Assembly (NCBI GenBank): GCA_038823825.1 | Contig: JAWBCC010000002.1 | Coordinates: 60,001 to 92,000, forward strand | Direction: 5' to 3' | From: Candidatus Hadarchaeales archaeon | GTDB taxonomy: Archaea; Hadarchaeota; Hadarchaeia; Hadarchaeales; Hadarchaeaceae | DNA length: 32,000 bases | Shown: positions 27,944 to 32,000 of the stretch, one piece after another | Layout of the letters: every line of letters begins with the position of its first letter | Position numbering within the stretch: the first letter of the stretch is position 1 | Notes under the pieces: generated by a model | Database searches by the model: none | What the model saw: only the letters and a program-made list of their open reading frames with translations | What the model was told of the DNA's origin: nothing | Program-made: the position numbers and the translations under genes

Positions 27944-28297
27944 ATGAACGAATTCGATCTGGGCTGGATAATCGGCTTCATAGAGTGTGCGGGAAGCTTT
28001 ACAAAAAACACAATCATCATAGCGAAGAATGGAAAGAAATACATCTACGTGACACCACAATTTTTCCTAACGTTAAGTGACCCTTCCGCAGTGGAAACCG
28101 TTCAGAGACTTTTGAGGATGGGGAAAATAACCCTCGGCGGAAGGAGACTCGAAATAAGAAGGAAAGAAGAGCTTTTGAGGTTCGCGGAGCTCCTTTCTGG
28201 CCGGCTCAAAACAGACAGGCGGCAGAGAGAGTTTGAAAGCTGGGTCAGGCTTCTGCTCCAGTGGAAAGAGAGGGGTAGTAGGCATACATCAGAATAA
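27944..28297 (+). CDS. Free-standing single-motif LAGLIDADG-fold protein, probably catalytically inactive
   Basis: 117 aa from ATG 27944 (in frame with the listed 177-aa ORF, whose 60-aa upstream extension is non-conserved-looking). LGWIIGFIECAGSFTKN...TPQFFLTLSDPSAVETVQRLLRMGKITLGG...GRLKTDRRQREFESWVRLL follows the stand-alone LAGLIDADG endonuclease layout. Confidence 0.75.
   Translation: MNEFDLGWIIGFIECAGSFTKNTIIIAKNGKKYIYVTPQFFLTLSDPSAVETVQRLLRMGKITLGGRRLEIRRKEELLRFAELLSGRLKTDRRQREFESWVRLLLQWKERGSRHTSE
28256..28277 (+). repeat. Origin-recognition-box-like element, copy B
   Basis: CTCCAGTGGAAAGAGAGGGGTA, 18/22 identical to copy A and in opposite orientation. Confidence 0.6.
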
Positions 28298-28325
28298 AAA
28301 TAAAAGACGAGGGAGAGTAAAACCT

Positions 28326-29288
28326 GTGGAGGAAAAACTCAGATTGGCGTTAAGGGGAACGCAGGAAGTAGTCACGGAGGGAGAGCTTCGTCAAGTTATC
28401 TCCAGAGGAAGATTCTCGGCATACTGCGGTTATGAGCCATCTGGAAAGATACACTTCGGGCATTGGTTGACCGTGAAGAAACTTCGAGATCTGCAAGAGA
28501 TTGGAGCCAGAGTGGTGGTTTTACTCGCGGACCTTCACGCATATCTCAACCACAAAGGAACGCTGGAGGAAGTGAGAAAAATCGCCGAGTATAACAGGGA
28601 ATGCTTTATCGCTCTCGGTTTGAATCCAAATAAAACAGAGTTCAAACTCGGGTCGGAGTTCCAACTCACGCCGGAATTCATGTTCGACGTTCTCAGAATG
28701 GCAACCGGCACGACTCTTTTGAGAGCGAGAAGGTCGATGACGGAAATAGCTAGAAAACTTGAAGATCCAGACGTTGCGCAAGTTCTCTATCCTCTCATGC
28801 AGGCGTTAGATATCGCGCATCTCAAAATAGATGTAGCGGTCGGAGGAATGGATCAGCGGAAGGTTCACATGATCGCCCGCGAAAAACTGCCGGATCTCGG
28901 ATATCAAAAACCAGTCTGCCTCCATACACCGCTTCTCCATGGGCTCGATGGCGCGGACAAAATGTCCTCAAGCAAACAAAACTTTGTGGCTGTTGATGAT
29001 CCACCGGATGAGATAAGGCGGAAAATACAGAAAGCATACTGCCCACCGAAGATCGTGGATGGAAATCCAGTGGTAGAATACGCCGAGCACATAGTTTTGG
29101 CAGAGCTCGGAAAACTTGAGATAGAGAGGCCGGAGAAATACGGGGGGAGACTCGTCATTCAAGATGTTTCAGAGTTACGCAAACTTTATTCTGGAGGAAA
29201 ATTACATCCGGCAGATCTGAAGTCGGCTGTCGCGGAAGCCGTTGTTGAGATTTTAGAGCCGGTCAGACGGCATTTTGGAATCTATTGA
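28326..29288 (+). CDS. tyrS: Tyrosyl-tRNA synthetase, archaeal type
   Basis: ORF track starts at a TTG at 28233. The GTG near 28326 (VEEKLRLALRG) with an upstream GGGAG is the likelier start. GYEPSGKIHFGHW HIGH-type motif, KMSSSKQNF motif. Confidence 0.93.
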   Translation: MEEKLRLALRGTQEVVTEGELRQVISRGRFSAYCGYEPSGKIHFGHWLTVKKLRDLQEIGARVVVLLADLHAYLNHKGTLEEVRKIAEYNRECFIALGLNPNKTEFKLGSEFQLTPEFMFDVLRMATGTTLLRARRSMTEIARKLEDPDVAQVLYPLMQALDIAHLKIDVAVGGMDQRKVHMIAREKLPDLGYQKPVCLHTPLLHGLDGADKMSSSKQNFVAVDDPPDEIRRKIQKAYCPPKIVDGNPVVEYAEHIVLAELGKLEIERPEKYGGRLVIQDVSELRKLYSGGKLHPADLKSAVAEAVVEILEPVRRHFGIY

Positions 29289-29344
29289 CCAAGGATAAAC
29301 TATAAAAACACCACAAGCCTGTTTTTGAAGAAAGAGGTGAGAAG

Positions 29345-29872
29345 TTGGCCGAAACGAACGCGGCACCGTTGGGCTTAATGGGGTTTGGTCTGACCACGGT
29401 TCTGCTCAACCTCCATAATGTGGGGCTTATTCCCCTCACGTCTATGATTTTGGGAATGGGAATTTTTTACGGTGGTCTGGCTCAGCTTATCGCCGGAGTG
29501 ATAGAGTCGAGAAAGGGAAACACGTTCGGAACTGTTGCCTTTTGCTCATATGGTCTTTTCTGGCTTTCGTTTGTGGCGTTGCTCATTCTGCCAAAAATGG
29601 GGCTGGCTGATGCGGCGAACTCGCATTCGATTGGAGCCTATCTGATTATGTGGGGGATTTTTACGCTCATAATGTCTGTCGGAAGTCTCAAAATGAGAAA
29701 AAGCGTTCAGGTGATTTTCTTTTCGCTAGCGATCTTGTTTTTCCTTTTGGCGGCGGCAGAGTTTGCTGGGAGCGAGATTTTGAAAAGGATTGCCGGAATT
29801 GAAGGCATTTTCTGCGGGCTGAGCGCGATCTATACCTCGGCAGGGGAAATTCTCAGCGAGGTTTATGGTTAA
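29345..29872 (+). CDS. GPR1/FUN34/YaaH (acetate/succinate transporter) family membrane protein
   Basis: 175 aa; [56 protein letters not shown], about six hydrophobic segments. Confidence 0.88.
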   Translation: MAETNAAPLGLMGFGLTTVLLNLHNVGLIPLTSMILGMGIFYGGLAQLIAGVIESRKGNTFGTVAFCSYGLFWLSFVALLILPKMGLADAANSHSIGAYLIMWGIFTLIMSVGSLKMRKSVQVIFFSLAILFFLLAAAEFAGSEILKRIAGIEGIFCGLSAIYTSAGEILSEVYG

Positions 29873-29991
29873 AAACATTACCACAAGAAACGCAGGCTAA
29901 TTTAATCTTCTCAACTGGAATTATTTGGTGGCTGGTTATCGAAAATTGAGTTCTGGATTTTAAATAACCTTCATCAAACAATGTTGTGAGT

Positions 29992-30219
29992 ATGTCGAAC
30001 GATCACGAAGAAATTCAACTTGATGAGGGAATAATTCTTCCATTCTTTATAAAGAAACTTGGAGAGGGAGCCCAGTGGGAGATTTTTCTTGTTCGAGGGA
30101 TTTTTACTTCAGAAAACGGAGATTTTTCTAAAAATGGATGGTTTTTAATAGAAGTTGGAGCAAACAGCAACAGACAGTACGCTACGATTATTGCGGAATT
30201 GGAAGATACTCTTTTATAG
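29992..30219 (+). CDS. Small hypothetical protein
   Basis: 75 aa from ATG 29992 (MSNDHEEIQLDEGIILPFF...), in an AT-rich accessory segment upstream of the methyltransferase. Confidence 0.45.
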   Translation: MSNDHEEIQLDEGIILPFFIKKLGEGAQWEIFLVRGIFTSENGDFSKNGWFLIEVGANSNRQYATIIAELEDTLL

Positions 30220-30241
30220 TAATTTGTAGTAAATTGTAGTG

Positions 30242-30397
30242 ATGGTAAAATACACAATCGAAGTAGACGACAAGATTTGGAAAGAATTTAAAAAAATTAT
30301 TACCAAAGACAAAACAATCAATCAAGCAATAGTAGAGCTAATTGTGGAAAGGGTGAAAAAACACAATAAAGAGGTGTTTTCACATGACGGAGAATAA
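30242..30397 (+). CDS. 51-aa ribbon-helix-helix-like small protein
   Basis: Manual translation MVKYTIEVDDKIWKEFKKIITKDKTINQAIVELIVERVKKHNKEVFSHDGE*. Beta-strand followed by two helices as in CopG/MetJ-type folds. Overlaps the methyltransferase start by 14 nt. Confidence 0.55.
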   Translation: MVKYTIEVDDKIWKEFKKIITKDKTINQAIVELIVERVKKHNKEVFSHDGE

Positions 30398-31295
30398 AAT
30401 CATTTTTGGCGACAGCAGATGCATGAAAGAGTTAGCGAATTGTTCAATTCATTTAGTGGTTACTTCGCCCCCTTATTTTAACGCACCTTTTGATTATCCT
30501 GGCCTGTTCAGAGATTATAATGAGTTTTTAGACATGATACAAGGTGTTGCGAAAGAGCTCAAAAGAGTCATGGCTCCTGGTAGAATAGCTTGCTTCGTTA
30601 CACAGGATGTTAGGATAGATGGAAAACTGTATCCGGTGCCAGCTGACATAACTCGAATAATGTGTGAAGAAGGATTCTTATATCGGGACAGAATTATTTG
30701 GAAGAAACCAGAAGGATACATTCGTATAAGTCGAAGAAGCGGGGTCCTGATTCAACATCCTTACCCGATGTATTTTTATCCCGACAATATTTATGAGGAA
30801 ATAATAATCCTTCAAAATGGAGAGTACGATTATTCAAAAGTGGAAAAAGAGAAATTGGTCGACTCTCGTATAAATCTTCAGGAATTTCAGAATGAAAAAT
30901 GGTATCTTTCTGTCTGGGAAATAACCAATGTTCTTCCCTTGAAAAATAGGTTAGAAGAAGGAATAGCTGCATTCCCAGAGGAAATTCCGTATCGTCTCAT
31001 AAAGCTTTTTAGTTTTAAGGGAGAAAAGGTTTTGGATCCGTTTTTGGGATCTGGAACCACGATGAAAGTGGCACTAGAATTGGGCAGAAAGGCTGTGGGT
31101 TATGAAATAGATTTGGAACTTCTCGATGTTATTAAGAAAAAACTACGGATAGGACAGAAAAGATTGGTTGACAGCGAGCCGGTTGAAATAATCATAAGAG
31201 AAGATGCAAAACATTTGAGGAAAAAATTACAGAACAAAGTTAAAAACCAGCGATCCGTAGCCGATGCTTTAGAGGCAAATTCTAAAGCTTATTAA
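30384..31295 (+). CDS. DNA methyltransferase (N4-cytosine/N6-adenine, TSPPY class)
   Basis: 303 aa; HLVVTSPPYFNAPFDYPG (motif IV) near the N-terminus, DPFLGSGTTMKVALELGRKAVGYEID (motif I) near the C-terminus. Confidence 0.93.
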   Translation: MTENKIIFGDSRCMKELANCSIHLVVTSPPYFNAPFDYPGLFRDYNEFLDMIQGVAKELKRVMAPGRIACFVTQDVRIDGKLYPVPADITRIMCEEGFLYRDRIIWKKPEGYIRISRRSGVLIQHPYPMYFYPDNIYEEIIILQNGEYDYSKVEKEKLVDSRINLQEFQNEKWYLSVWEITNVLPLKNRLEEGIAAFPEEIPYRLIKLFSFKGEKVLDPFLGSGTTMKVALELGRKAVGYEIDLELLDVIKKKLRIGQKRLVDSEPVEIIIREDAKHLRKKLQNKVKNQRSVADALEANSKAY

Positions 31296-32000
31296 GGTAG
31301 GGTTTAGTGGTTTCAATAGCGCCGAGTACATCCTCTGCCCAAACGCTAATCATCTGGTGCTTGGTCGTGTGATCACAGAAGCACAGTTTACCTCTAGCTT
31401 TTCCTTCGATTGTTTCTTTAAGAATTCCCTTAATCCTGATTGGAGTTTCTGAGCATAACTTGAACATCAATTGTTTTTCTTTTCCTTCAATTCTTGCAAT
31501 TCCTATTTTCATACCAGCTTTTATAGAGGGGTGATACTCGATTCTTAGTCGAAGTTTTTCAACGATATTTGGTGCTAGTCCGTTTTCTATAGCTTTATTT
31601 CTAAGATATATGGCGGAAAGATCAAAGCAACCAAGACATAAACTATATCCCACAACAGGAATACCCAAGCTTTTCCCCTTTATTGGTGAGGCATAATACG
31701 TTCTTTCTTTACCTCCTTGTTGATTTTCAGAAACTGGATAAAACTGTCTCTTCTCTTGGCAAATGCTCGTCAGTGCTTCAACGATTTTATTTAGTTCTTC
31801 GATGTTTATGTAAAACATGGCCCAGTTTCTCCATTTGGCAGGATCCATCACACGAATCGAGGTCCTCTCGAGATGATATCTCTGGATATCAAAGTAGAAA
31901 AAAATTCTTTTTTCCTCGTCAGCTCCAATCCTAACATAAACTTCTTCTTTCGGTAAACAGTACGCTTTTGCTCCTTTTTTGTCTTTATGAATTGCAGGTT
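31282..32000 (-). CDS. Hypothetical protein, N-terminus beyond the window edge
   Basis: The listed ORF starts at a GTG at 31851, but the frame stays open to 32000: ...PAIHKDKKGAKAYCLPKEEVYVRIGADEEKRIFFYFDIQRYHLERTSIRVMDPAKW... No confident homology. Confidence 0.65.
   Translation of the reverse strand, partial: PAIHKDKKGAKAYCLPKEEVYVRIGADEEKRIFFYFDIQRYHLERTSIRVMDPAKWRNWAMFYINIEELNKIVEALTSICQEKRQFYPVSENQQGGKERTYYASPIKGKSLGIPVVGYSLCLGCFDLSAIYLRNKAIENGLAPNIVEKLRLRIEYHPSIKAGMKIGIARIEGKEKQLMFKLCSETPIRIKGILKETIEGKARGKLCFCDHTTKHQMISVWAEDVLGAIETTKPYLNKL

Noticed and set aside
27944-28297. Intein or intron-borne homing endonuclease
   Set aside because: No flanking intein splice motifs, the gene is free-standing between genes, and both neighbours (AEP-like and tyrS) look uninterrupted.
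1-32000. CRISPR array, transposase or rRNA operon
   Set aside because: No regularly spaced direct repeats, no transposase-like ORF and no rRNA-like sequence seen on either strand.

Overview
This 32 kb window looks like archaeal chromosomal DNA (DNA polymerase D, MCM, Orc1/Cdc6, archaeal-type GluRS/TyrS, TTG/GTG/ATG starts, TATA-like promoters). No organism name is asserted. Roughly 1-9.9 kb is a minus-strand block for translation, isoprenoid synthesis and central metabolism: Lrp-type HTH fragment, gltX, polyprenyl synthase, RNase J-like, type 2 IPP isomerase, isopentenyl phosphate kinase, MEMO family, S2, enolase, and an anchored surface protein. Two tRNAs follow (Pro-CGG, Ser-CGA). The Ser gene overlaps the 3' end of an archaemetzincin gene on the opposite strand. 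From 10 to 21.4 kb there is a replication supercluster: orc1/cdc6, PolD large subunit, a HAD phosphatase, PolD small subunit, a second orc1/cdc6, GINS, MCM. From 21.7 to 25.8 kb are glyA, thrC, hom and an ACT protein. The most interesting part is 26.9-28.3 kb. It holds a protein that aligns by eye with the archaeo-eukaryotic primase fold but has lost the expected catalytic residues, and next to it a small stand-alone LAGLIDADG protein whose catalytic acid is replaced by Ala. Two near-identical 22-nt elements in opposite orientation (CTCCAGTGGAAANNNNGGGGT), resembling archaeal origin recognition boxes, flank the LAGLIDADG gene. A second, weaker cluster of the same motif (three tandem CAGTGGAA copies plus a 14-bp inverted repeat) lies in the AT-rich gap upstream of mcm. 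The last 2 kb is an AT-rich accessory segment with a small RHH-like protein, a DNA methyltransferase and a convergent unknown gene that runs off the window.
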